A stretch of 64,000 nucleotides of DNA, taken from NCBI GenBank assembly GCA_030141605.1, contig JAQGDQ010000086.1:181418-245417 (forward strand), in the 5' to 3' direction. Below are positions 12,901 through 26,338 of the stretch, one piece after another; position 1 is the first letter of the stretch, and every line of letters begins with the position of its first letter. The notes beneath the pieces were generated by a model. The model was not told where the DNA came from, searched no databases, and was given only the letters and a program-made list of their open reading frames with translations. Position numbers and translations under genes: made by a program. Source of the stretch: Tubiluchus corallicola. Lineage: Eukaryota; Animalia; Priapulida.

Positions 12901-15900
12901 AATGCTTAATAATTCGTCAGATAACGGGCAAAAAGACAATCAGTGATTAGTGATGCCAGTTAATCTGATATAGTATTGAATTATTAATAAGAAAAACGCA
13001 CAGCCCGTTAATTAACTCTTAGCAGCAGCAAACTTTCTGCACAGCGAAAACACAGTGAATGGAGGCCACAAAAGATCTATACAAAACTAAACTTCTAATG
13101 TTACAGTAATTGAAAAGTGAAAAACTAGGCGAAATCATGTTCAAGTATTTATTTATTATTCAACTTAGAATCAATTGTAATCACATTTGTCATTTACGAT
13201 AATGTTCGGCAATCACGAGTTTACAAAATATATAATGTACTGAATAATAATGTACAATGTATAAAAATATATGTATGCAAAGCATCATACAGCGTTTATG
13301 TCGGAGGTATTAACGGTATAAATTTATTGCAAAAATTGGGAAGCAATCTCTTTCGCTTTTATTCTTTTACCAAAAATTGCTGTTTAAAAGAAACGTGAAC
13401 TAATCAAGGTGAAGGTGAATTGTTATTACTTAGGGCCTAATCAGATTGCGCGTTAATAAGTCTTAGGCGTTAATAATTAATTCCACAGTACTTGGTTACT
13501 CAAATGCCCGTGTTACCACCACAATCTGATTTTGCACTGGTGGACAGTTTTGTTGTTTCTTGGAAGAAGGCAAATATTTCCAGGAAGAAATATCTCTGGT
13601 GAATATGTTGAAGTTCTTTACAAATTTTGACGTTGAGTTAACTCTACACACTGAATCAAAGCAGATACCCAGGCAATGGTCACATCGCTATTCAATTGTC
13701 AATGAATTGTAGCATCAGTTACAATATTGGATCAGTGATCACGTGAACTCATCACCACAACTTAACTTCTGCCGATACAAAAATTGCTCTAGTGGCAGTT
13801 CACAGTAGCTGAAAAGCTTAGCCGGTCAGGCGGCACAGTAGCTAACAATGTGGCCACTAAAATGTTGTCTTTTATTCTTTTATTCCGCTTCTTCGCTTTC
13901 AGCTTTCGTAAAAAATTGTTTCTTTCGGCAAAAAATAATTCCAAGAGTAAATATCACAGGCTACGCAAGAAAATACAATGGAGCAATACATAAACGGTTT
14001 TACAGATTTTGAATAAATTCTCTAGTGTTTACAAGTGTTTAATTTCACGGGTGTCTAATTATAAAAGCTTAGCGATTTTATATTTGGTGTCATTACTTAT
14101 AATATGTAGTGTCAGTCAAGAAATTTTTCATTAATAACGTATACTACGAATGCTGTCAGTTGAATGCCATAACTTGCTAACAGAATAACCATAGTACTTC
14201 CTACGCCTAGGGACTTTTACACAAAACCAAAAACAGTATAAAACATTCCAAGGGATTCAACGTTTCAGTCACTGTGCACTAGGATTTCTGTAAAGAATGT
14301 TTTGCGATGCTTATTTTTCTTTAGTATAACCATGAAAGTTGATTTTTGTTCTTGCTCCACCTTCCACAAATATTTCTCAATTTTCTTTGAAATGCATCTG
14401 ACAAGCCGCTGACAGTATAATTTAGCTGATCTTTGGAATTGTTTTCAAGATTCTTTCTGAGACTTAATAGTTTCTGAACGTATCAGATTTCCTGTTCTTA
14501 ACAGTAATATTAGTGATCTTCTATTTGCTTGAAGTAATTCATATTTTGATGTAATTATACACTTAATTAAGTTTCAAAATTCGACTTTTTATTACTTAAA
14601 TTTTAGCACTTAAACACAGATTTATTGACTGAAATGTTACAAACTGATCTTTGCTTTACATCTTATTTTACAAAGTGTTTTGTCTAATTTAGTATGTTTT
14701 TAATTGTTGTTTTTATTAGGATTAATTTTGCAAAGAACTTTAACTTGTCATTTTTTCAGCCTGTATCAAATTTTACAAAGCATTTCATGATTTGCCTGTT
14801 TTAGTACTTCAGTCAGTTTTCAGCTTTGTTTAATTTTAAGGTACTGTGTTCTATTTCATATTTTAACTACCACTAACATACTAACATTCCACTGGACTAT
14901 TGTGTATACAATTTAATGTGCTCCATGTAAAAAATTAAATTCTATTATAATAATTAATAAACATCAGAACATTGCCAAAAATTAATATACACATAATTAT
15001 GATTGTTTTAAAGCACAATCAGAATTGAGAACAGCTTGAGAAGTGCTTTTCCAATCAAAAATTAAATCTAATTGCAGCTAGACAACAGGAAGGAATTTGA
15101 CATTTAAAATTTTCTACACCCAGTGTACATGTAGAGCAGCAACTCTACACTGTACAGCAAAAACGTTTCAAAGGTTAATTAGTTGAATCATTACTATCAA
15201 GCCTCCTCGTCAAGAACTAGTCTAAATTAATACATGCAGGATCAGAAATTCAAACAGCATTTTAAACTGAAGTCAAGTAAAAACGTATTGACGGAAATGT
15301 ATAAGATCAAGCCGAACATTGCAAACCTTAACATTTGCAACCAGGTTGTGAAACTTGAGAACATAGGAGGATGGGAGAGGGTTAGAAGAGAGAAACGGAG
15401 AAAGAGAGCAAGAAAAAGAGAGAAAGAAAGAGACACACACGCACGTGCACACGCATAAACACACACACGCGCGCACACACACACACAGATGAGAGAGAGA
15501 GAGGGAGAGAGAGAGAGAGAGAGAGAGGACAGAACTACCAACACAGGGTGCAGGATCCGTCCAGATATCAACACAGACCTCCAGCCTAGTGGAAAATCAC
15601 CAGTTTATGAGATAGGAATAGATAGCGTGTGGTGGTTGCTGTAATGATGGACTAAATTTCCTGCTTTGAGAGAACAAGTTCAGTCTACTGACCCTTGGTG
15701 AAAGTCCAAGCTGCAGTGATTGTTATTATTCCAGGGTTATCTGCGGATTATGAATTCTTGGGTAACTACCAGACGTTCACTTGTCTGTATAGTACACTCA
15801 TGCAAAACTTTGTTATAGTACGCTCGTTCTGTGTTGGAAGTTCAATAACTCGACGTCCCAATAAACGCCAGGAGAAAAAGGGTGTCCGTTCAACCATCAA

Positions 15901-16673
15901 ACGCGCATAGCCAATGTACACAGATTTTCCTACCTGAAAATCTTATTAAGATAGGGATATTACAATTATATATATATATTGGCAATCACGAGTTTACGAA
16001 ATGTTTAATGTATTGAATAATTATGTACGTTATATAAAAATATATGCATACAAAGCATCACACTGTGTTATGTCGGACGTATTAAGGGTACAAATTTATT
16101 GCAAAAATTGGCAAAGCAATCTCTCACCTTTTTCTCCCTTTTTCCACAGATTGCTATTTTGAGACACATGAATTAATCATAGTGAAGCTTTATTATTACT
16201 TAGGCGTTAATAATTAATTCCACAGTACTGGGTTACTCAAATACCCGTGTTATACACCACAACCTGGCTTTGCACTGGTGGACAGTTTTGTTGTTTCTTG
16301 AGGAGGGCAAGTAATTACAGGAAGAAATATCTTCGACGAATACGTTGAAGTTCTCTAAAAATTGCGATGTTTTGAGTTAACTCTACAGACTGAATTCAAA
16401 ACAGATACCCAGACAATGGTCACATCATCATTGAACTCGGGTATTCCATTGTCAATGAATTTGTAGCATTCACAATATTGGATCAGTGATCACTGCACTC
16501 ATCATCAGCACTTCTGAGGGATAAGAAATTGCTCTAGTGATACGCACGCACACACATACACCCATATATATATATATACACACATACATACACACACACG
16601 CCCACGCACACACACAACACACGCACGCACGCACACACACAACACACACGCACGCACGCACGCACGCACACGT

Positions 16674-16712
<39 letters not shown>

Positions 16713-19700
16713 TACATGTGCCATACGGACTTCTATACACTATCTTACATCATCAAAGTGCACACTAACAGATGTGTGAAGATCAAATAATTTTTATAAA
16801 AAAACAAATTTTGGTATTTAATAATAAGCCCAATGGGTACAACTTTACTAAGGAGAGACGTCAATTGGTAATTTATGTGTTATAAACTGATTTGTTTAGA
16901 CTACAAGATTTAATAACAACAAAAAAGGGACAAAAATGACGAAGGAAACACAAACAAAACCCGGAGGACTCGAATGCTCAAATGTTCCGACTCGCTGGAT
17001 GCAAGTAAATCATCTGTATGCACAAAAGAACGTGCTGAATTGCTTAGAAAGTAGAAAACAGTTCAGTCAAAACTTTCCAAAACTTTGTCAATTCAGCACT
17101 CGTCTGTCTAATAATTCGTTAAATTTTTTTCGAAATCTGCATCAATTCAGTACGCATCTGTCACGAACTGCAAAGCTAAAACGAGTTATAATCTATAGAT
17201 TGTTTCGGCGGCAGAATCTTGAAATTTAAGAGAAAATTCAAGTTAAAACAATCTCAGGCGATCTCAGCTCCTAATTACACAGCAACAGTTTCTCTTGTCA
17301 AGTTGTTCTTGACCTTTGAGCAGCTAATATCACTAAATCGGTGTGTAGAAGCAGAGAGTTGTCAACTCTTAGTCTCTCACAGCTAACACACCCTTCAAGA
17401 CTATTAACAACGTCAGCTGGTCTTTTAAAACAAGAATCAAGTGAACTTCGTGTTTACACTTCTTGTAGGACCTGAAAGAGCTTAGAGAATCTCTAATGTC
17501 GTTTACGAGCATTTAGTAATGGCTTTTCGTGTCGTTCAACTTCAACTGTCAGCGAGATACGTCCGTACTGCTGCACTTTAGACAGGAAATAACGAGTTTA
17601 GTCTATCATCGTTTCGTGACTTTTCTTCACAGTCATTAGCAGGCACAGCGTTTTCTCACTCACTAATTTTATGAACTTTAAGAGTCTCCAAAATGAGACT
17701 ACTTCTATTTTCTTATAAGCCTGAGACGACAATGTATTGGTACATTGAGTTTTCAGCAATCACACACAGCAATTAGCATGTGCAAGCTGTGCAGCATGTT
17801 TGTTTAATTAACCGAAATTATTTAAATTAAATTAATGCCAAATTAAGACTTGTGTATTATTATACCACAATAATCATTAAATGAAAGCCAAGGCAGTGAA
17901 ATCCATCTTTATCTATACAGCTTTGAAAAAACCACCAAATTTTACATAAAACACTCTTCCCTTAAACTACCACTTTTACCTGGCTAATTTGCGATCTAAT
18001 TTTTGTAAATAATATGGCTACTGTTTCTTCAGCAGAGTGTAATTTTAACGTGAGTACACTGGCATTGCAAAGATCCATAAGAGGGAGAATAGAGACTTGG
18101 CAGTGGCGATAAAATAATATGGTAGCGTAGCGTATACACGCGAGCATACAAAAATTTAGAATTTACATTATATTAGCCTTAACAAAGTTAAGTATCTGCG
18201 ATATCAAGACGTGCTGAACAGGATAATCCTCAAATGACCTGAAATAGAAAACCTGACAACATAGGGGCCACCACCAGTGCAAAAAGGCTTAATCTTAATT
18301 CTCTTGCTCGAAGATACAAGCAAATACGCGAAGAGAGGTCACACAAGTATCACAAAGTACATTATTTGGTTTGTTTACAACCTAAAAGGAGGACAAACAT
18401 TTCTGATAAAGATAAACAAAAGGCACACTAATCATGTTTATAACCTGTGACCACCAGACAAATCGGAACATTTTTCGCATACTGAACTACTGGAAAGCTC
18501 ACACATAGACAAACACAACGTATTCTGAAAGTATAAAAAGTAACAATGCCTGTATATTTACTCTACGGCATAAACATAGGTCTACATTTTTAATTACTGA
18601 TGACTGATGATCAACAGGTACAGTATATGGTTTTAGACAAAAATACTACCACAAGTTAATAAACATTCCAACGTTCAAACTTACTCAAAAGCGAAAATTC
18701 ATACATTTTCCCTCCACAAAGAGTAAAAAGTGCAAAGGGCATCACAAAGAGAGCTGCAAGAGCGGATTTCATTAAAATTGGTTTGCCAAAAAAATGGATA
18801 AAAATAAACAAACTTTAAATAAATAAAATAAATAAATAAACATTATCTACATGCAAACTATTCTTACCTCTGAGCCAAGTTTTAAGTCGACAAGCTACAG
18901 TGTCATGTGCCATTTTTCGTCAATAAAAAATCAATAAAAGCACAATCCAGTTCACCTTCATAAGATATCCAGGCTGATGTATAATATATCCAATAACTTA
19001 CGAAAAAATAAATATTACCAATTTAACCCTTTTACCAAAGAGCATTTAATCATTTGTTGGGCACATAACTCAGCTGAGTTGCATCACTTTTGCTTACAGC
19101 AATAAAAAGTATTTCGAGGGAAATAAACGGAAGAATTCTGCGTATTAACAACAGTGAGATCAAAGGGTACCGCCGCACAGACCTTGAAATCCACTCCCAC
19201 ACAGCAAAATTAATGCAGTTCACAGAAACAAATAAATACAAAAACAAAGCTTTTTGACTTTTACCACTTTACGAAACATCCGTTACGCTGAGATGCTCAG
19301 CCAGACTGCTAACAGCATCACATTCACAATTGCTGTAATAAAATTGTTTTTTCATAGAGAATTTCAACCATTGCAATCATAAGAACGTGGATATCGTCGT
19401 CATGTAAACCACATAATGATTATCTTTGTATGTAAATGACAAACACAAGTCGAAACCATGAATAAATCTTTGATTTATCTACTGAAAGTGCAGCAGCAAA
19501 CTGTTCATCGCGCAAGAGCTGAAGCTATGAGATTACGACAGCAGAATGACGAAAAACAGGTTCCCAAAAGCACTGTCCTTGAATTTTCTTTAAATCCTAT
19601 AATAAAAAATCCTCCAGAATGCCACTGCATAGCCTCTCCGGTAACGATGAACGCCCAGTGCCACTGGGGCTCTGGGGTGCTGCACAATGCGGCCAACACA

Positions 19701-22700
19701 CAGTAATAAGTAAATCGCATAGAAGAGAACTGGTTTGGTGAAATTCTAAACGAGCGAAGTTCAGTAAGCGTTCACAGAACATGCCGGTAAAAGTCAGCAG
19801 CAGCCCGGCTGAAATGCCAACAAAAACTCGACTCTTTGACTTGTGAGAAATTTATACGAGCACAAAACGTTGAATGTGATAGCCAAATGCAGCTTTTTAC
19901 TGCAGATGTAAAACAGGGTTCTGGTGTTACGCGCAAATTTTCTATCCCACTACAACCAGTTGGTCCGCGTGCTTTAATACCTGCGTAGCATCAAAACAAG
20001 AACCATCGTAAATGAACCGTTCGTGTGGTGCAAGCCAGTAAAACGACATTTATGCAGTGTGTCTAGCGTTCACAATAATTACCCACAATGGACCCAGATG
20101 TAATGAATAATTTATTGACTATTACAACACCTGTGAGTGCAAGCGAAACCATCGGCTAGCGTGCTACAGTAAAACGGCAAAACTCGCACGAAGCATCACA
20201 GCATTGGACAATGAAAACGAACCATTTTCAGACATTTCCTCGATTTAATTAGAAATACATCCGCAAACATAACTACAATTATACGCAGCCATTGATTCTT
20301 TTCTTTCCACAGAACTTCTCTACTGCAGCTTTTACTACAAAGTACAAAGCTTAGCGATCATTAGTTGCCTAGGCAACCAGAGCGCGCTGTGATTGGGCGG
20401 CAAGGATGAATCACCTGAGCAGTAACAGAATATGCTTAATGAAAAAGCCTGATTAATAAACTTTCATGTATATTGCCAGTAATATTATTTTAATGAATTA
20501 TTAAATAAAGCCAAATCTAGACAATCACAGAAAAAGTTATGGGAACAAAACTCGAACAGTCTGTTATTACAAGCAATATTTCAAAAAAAATCTAAAACTT
20601 ACGACCTTTCAGAACAGCACTGCATACTAACTCCAGAGAAAGAAAATAATCACTAAACAAAGCACATGTAATGAAAAAAAAGCCCAAAGAATACCAAACA
20701 TAAATGTTTTTTCCACAAACTAAAGATAGAACACGGCGGTGATGTGCTCCAACGTCATGCATTTCAAATTTTCTTTGGATTTCTTATTAATTTTTCCGAT
20801 CTTGCGATTTTGTGCTACATCAGCTGCACTGCAAAAACTGAAAGTGATTTTAAGATACATTTTACGAAACTCTAAAAAACACTTTGTTGCATTCACCCTT
20901 TTGAGAAATCCTAAGACAAAGTGTAAAAACAATACATCAACAATAACCTCCACTCAAAAAAACGAAATGCAACGAAAAAACTCAACGCGGCAGCAGAATA
21001 ATAATTACATCAGCAAAAATTCAATTTCAAAAACTTCAAGTAAAATGTTAGAAAAATACCTAACTTTGTTAATGTACACAGTAAACCCTGCAACTCAACT
21101 TTTTAGTTGTAAACTCTAAACAAAAAAAGAAAATGAAAGGTAGGCGTACGTATAAAAACATCTGTTGACAATGCAGAAACACAGGAGGCGCTACCGTCAA
21201 CAAAAAAATCAAGCTCTCAACGACTCACCATGTAATAAAGACACTATAGAACATTTTCTCAAATGAAGTACAAAACAATGGCGACAAAGACGGAATGTGG
21301 CTGGATGTTATCTTAACCCAAAATAAGCTAAAATAAGGTCAGAATGACAATTATGGCCCCTGCAGAAAGCTGCATCTAATCAACAATAGTGCTATATGAA
21401 TGCTATAGATACTATATATTATAAGACGTGCACTGAAACGCAATACCTAAACGCACAGGAAATCACATCAATGATTATAAATTAGTGCATAAGAATAATT
21501 TCGTAAAAATATACATCATAATCGATTTGCAGGGGCACATTTCGTCTGCATATATAAGATGATTAATAAATTAACAGTCCAACACAAGATCCCCGCGTCC
21601 GGATACAATATGATAGACAGACACTTCTAAAAACAACAGAAACGATTTTGTTTTGTTTTTTACATTAAACAATGTAAGACTTTGTTCATTAAAATGGACC
21701 ATGATTAACATGAAACGTTATACGTGTACCAACCCGGGATTTTTATCTAATGCACTGAAAGCTGATAATTGCAATACATTAGCGAAATAGGTAAACGAGA
21801 TTCTAATCTTCACATTCCTGTTGTGCGCATGCACACTAGTACCAATTATACTTCAAAGATGACAGCACTCTTACTTTTAAGAATTCTTGCATGGCCCAAT
21901 TAGAATATTCTGAAGACAGAGCAACAGTCAGTAAACCAGCCGTAAAACTCTCGTCAGAGATATGGGTCCACATAGTTATCTATTCATTATACGGCCAGTA
22001 ATTGTACTGTTTTTAAGCGGGACAAATCAACCTACAACCACCAATAAATTAGGTGCAGACACTAAAGACTGGCCCGCTCAACCAATTATAGTTTACGCAC
22101 ATTGAATAAAAAGTTTATCTTTCCTTACATCAAAAATGTTCAAGAAAGGCCGTTGATCTAAATGCATTGTTGGCATGCTACGGAAACATCAAAAGCAAAA
22201 CCAGAAATTACGACGTTAGCACTACACAGACAAAAATAAGTAATTTCCTTGTCGTTGTGTGAATATCAAGGTTCACCCTCAGTGAAATTAAAGCCTTACT
22301 TTGTAAATCAGACATATTTATTGAGAGATTTGGTTTTGTTAACTAATGAAAAAGGTAGAGTTCATTCACCACTAAAACGCCCGTACTACTGTAATCTGTA
22401 GGCGCTGAAGACAAGGAATGCTCATCATTAATTTGAATTCAGACAGAGACTCAATCTCGATTCTTCTAGGGTGCACGATTTAAAATAGCACGATAAGTTT
22501 ACTACAGAATCCAGATTCTGTCAATCATAATTATTTAACGGCGAGAGAACAACTGAGTGGTGTCTCTGTATGTGTGTGCTTAGCAAGCGAAGTAAAGCAA
22601 TGCCGAGTCTGACCAATAAATAAATGGGTGCCAGGAAAATTGCTTGTTCTGAGTGATTTTATCTGTCAAACCCAAACTGCTGAAGCTTGAATTCATGAAT

Positions 22701-25700
22701 TCATCTTGGACCGGAAAGAGCGTACATGTATCGTAATGGGGTTAAGGCACTTCTATCGGTTAAGAATCTCAGAAAATTAGAAGTTAAGAGTAAACAGATT
22801 TATTTACACATATTCCAGATAATGGAAGTATGGTCTGGTCCTGCCACAATCAACTACATTAAAAAGAGCGCTAAACGACAGCTTGAAATCAGGCGAACTG
22901 TATAAACAGATAAATAAAATGTAAGATTTACTCACAATTCAAATTTAGCATGAATATTTGGCTACCTATTTATCATAGTAGTCTAAATGTGAGATTTACT
23001 CACCCACTGGCGGCTGCTCAAACTCAGTACAGTTTTGCCGGCAATTTCAAGTCACATTACAGGGGTTTCAGATTTATTTGTCATTCCAGTCTGGGGTTTA
23101 TTCACCAGTTTGTCTGATCAAATAATATGAATTCGCCACTCAGCCTGCATGGGATAAATTTGTGAATTTGCTCACCCCTCAAACTCTGCCAGTGAATTTT
23201 GCTCGTTATTTAAACTCACTACATATCAAAATAATGAGATTAATTTACCATTAATAAGAGCTTTCAATACGGACAATTTCTTTCTGCTTTGGTTAAAATG
23301 TCGTATTTACTCACCATTCCAGCCTGTGTGGGTAGCCAGACCATACGAATGCAGATGATACGTGCCGTGTATCGTTTGTATCACTAGATAAGTGTCTGTG
23401 TTACCTAGGATACGCACATCTCTTAGCTCACGTATATGGAGATCCTTTCTTCTGCAATTGTACATTATTCGTGCGTATGGTTAAAGCAATATACAAGCTA
23501 CTGTTAAGCTGAACTGGTACCCCTTTCACTGTATCAGAATATGAATATCAGTTCACGCAAAATAATAATCGAAGGGCACGCATAATATTAAGGCAATAAC
23601 CGAAAGCGACCGATCCGTGTATACAAGTAAAATAACTGTTCTTAAGAAACAAGTATTAGTTCAAAATCCGTGGTACACGCCGGTATATCTTCAGTTTCGT
23701 GGACCAAGTTATTCTTTCAGTTATTCACTTTTCAAAATTCCAGAAATATTCTCAGTGATAACTGCCGTGAGACATGACCGGCACGCCCGAAAACGTAGAC
23801 GGATATCACGACACACTTAAGAAATATTTATCCTCCCGGCAGGTAAGCAGATATTACCTCGTGCTCGGTTTAAAAGGGCAATAATTCCAGGTAAATTTCC
23901 AGGAAGGCAAAATAGTCGTGGTAACACGCAGACACGTTAGAATAAACTGAACGTCTTGGCTATACTTTCCCGCTCACCTCAAAACCATAACTATAATCCA
24001 GTGACAATATCTAACAAGTACATATTATAATTATAACTCAAGTCAGTATGGAGTAATCAAAGCAATCATGTTGTTACGGAGAAGTATTAAGAATGTTTAA
24101 ATAATTTTTGTAGTTTTTCAAAACTAAATCACCGTAAATGTTGAAATTTGAGAAACAATTTCCAACGCCGCGCACCGAAATTTCAAAATTTAAACACCTG
24201 TGCGATGTATGAATGTAGCAGCAACACTAATAATATCTGTCGCATATAGTTTATAACCACATCATATAATACTACATTAAGAATGTTTTCAACACCTGAC
24301 AACAGTGTTAAACTTCACCTGTATGTCACACACGTCGGTAATTCATAAGTAAAATGTAGACCGCAAAATTGACCCCATATTAATGCAACGTTCACCAAAG
24401 AGTGCAAATAAAGCGATTCCACGCATAACAATGAATTATTTAACCAATAAAGTCAAGCTTTCATTACAAGAGCACAGTCTCAGTCACAAACAGTTTTGAG
24501 TTTCAAATTCTGCTACTACCGCACAATAATAAAACACCTCTGACAGTGACAACACAGACATGTAATTACCTAGATAAGCTTTCACTCAAATGAGAGCATC
24601 ACGCCTCACCGACAAACAACAACAAAAGATGAAGAAAGCGAGAAACAGTAACAACCGCGTTACTGCTCAGGTGAGATACCTGTAATCACGGTACTGGTAA
24701 AATGTAATCATACAAGTTACGTGTTAGAATCCCAACGCAAGGTAAATCAGACAGGAGACCTCGTAAGCATCTATATCCTGTTGCAATGCCAATGTTCACT
24801 GAGTGGTGGTGGTAATCTGCCAAGTTCGAGGCCTCAGCTAATTGGGAATAGTGACAGGTTGGCAAATACGGTAGCTGATTAGAAAAAACACGCAAAGCAA
24901 AGAATTTTTTTAGTTGACCACAGAGGGATAGGTCAATGACAACTGATTTTCTAAAAAAGGGATTCTCGTGTGCATAGCAACAGCAACTTGGACTAAGAAT
25001 TTAGGTTTGCAATCTATCAGTTAGATTCACAAATCAACACATCTATTCACATACACATTGCATTTCGACAAAAGATCAATGTAGTTGTCTGGCCGATAAT
25101 TAGGCCTATATGCAACAACAGTAACATAAATGTAAAGCATATGTGAACGCAGCTTAAATGATTAGGTACTAGATGCTTCAGTGGAGACGTAGGGCATAAT
25201 TACAATATACAAATCGTTAATTAGTTATAATTGAACACCTGGGAAAACGCACGTATTCACATTTTCATAGCCAAAAGCTTTTGAGCAATTTTAGAAATCT
25301 CGATCCATACATACAAGAATCTGCTACTGAAGCTGCGTGCATAAGTTTTGGTTTTGCTTCTGCGTCAAAAAGCGACAGGTTGAGTCACATTGCCGCTTTG
25401 TCGGCAGCAGATATTATGAACTGCCATTCAAGAAATACGTCTCTTTTACTAGTCACCATAAATACATTCTAACCTGACCTTCATTTACAAAATCGCCCGT
25501 CCACAATTTATGCAAGAATTCGCCTACGCCACATTCGAAACTTAACGACGCACCGCGGAATTTTTATTAGCGATTTCACACGCAGTCAAGTGGTAAAAAT
25601 TAGGGCACCGAGGAGGTTTAATGATTATTAATCACATCTGTGCTATTCTTACAGTAAACAAACTTGCAAACCAACGTTTACCTGAGCTTGGCATAATAGT

Positions 25701-26300
25701 AAGTATTCGTAATTACAATAAATAAGACGACATTGATGGTGTTGGAAATTACCTAGACAAAATTAAACAGAAGAGTATAGGATCTTTTATGCAGTGAAAC
25801 ACGTACAGTAAAAATTAGAAGTTACAACTTGGTAATACTGTCAGTTATGAAGTTTGCTGAGTGTGGCGCACTGAATCAAGTACTCATCTAGGCTCTAACT
25901 CTTTACCAACGATAGTCCTCTGAGATGAGACACTAGACTATGGAAGAAGTGCCTTGCAACATTGAGATGTACGTACAATTTTACATCCTCGCTCAACGTG
26001 AAAATCAGTAGAGGCAGAAAGGCAGGCGTAAATACCGGGAACCAATTTCCCGACGGTTACTTGCCAATCAGCCTGGCACATCGATGCAGCTTTATCATAA
26101 AAGTACCCATTTACTTACTTGGAAGGTTAGCTATCTTCAAAACGGTTAAAAATATAAATTAGTACAAGCTGTAGTTCGAATCATCAGTCTTAGTGTAACC
26201 AATACTGTGTAAACTTAGTCTTAGTCTTACCAATACTGTGTAACAGAAAGATAGATATATCAGTTTAATGTTGTTCACAATTCACATAGCAGAAATTCGG

Positions 26301-26338
<38 letters not shown>

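Noticed and set aside
15234-16779. ORFs rich in CV/HT/SL dipeptides
   Set aside because: These are translations of microsatellites.
17230-17730. Coding-looking minus-strand stretch
   Set aside because: Stops occur in the frames I translated and no phase-compatible exon was found.
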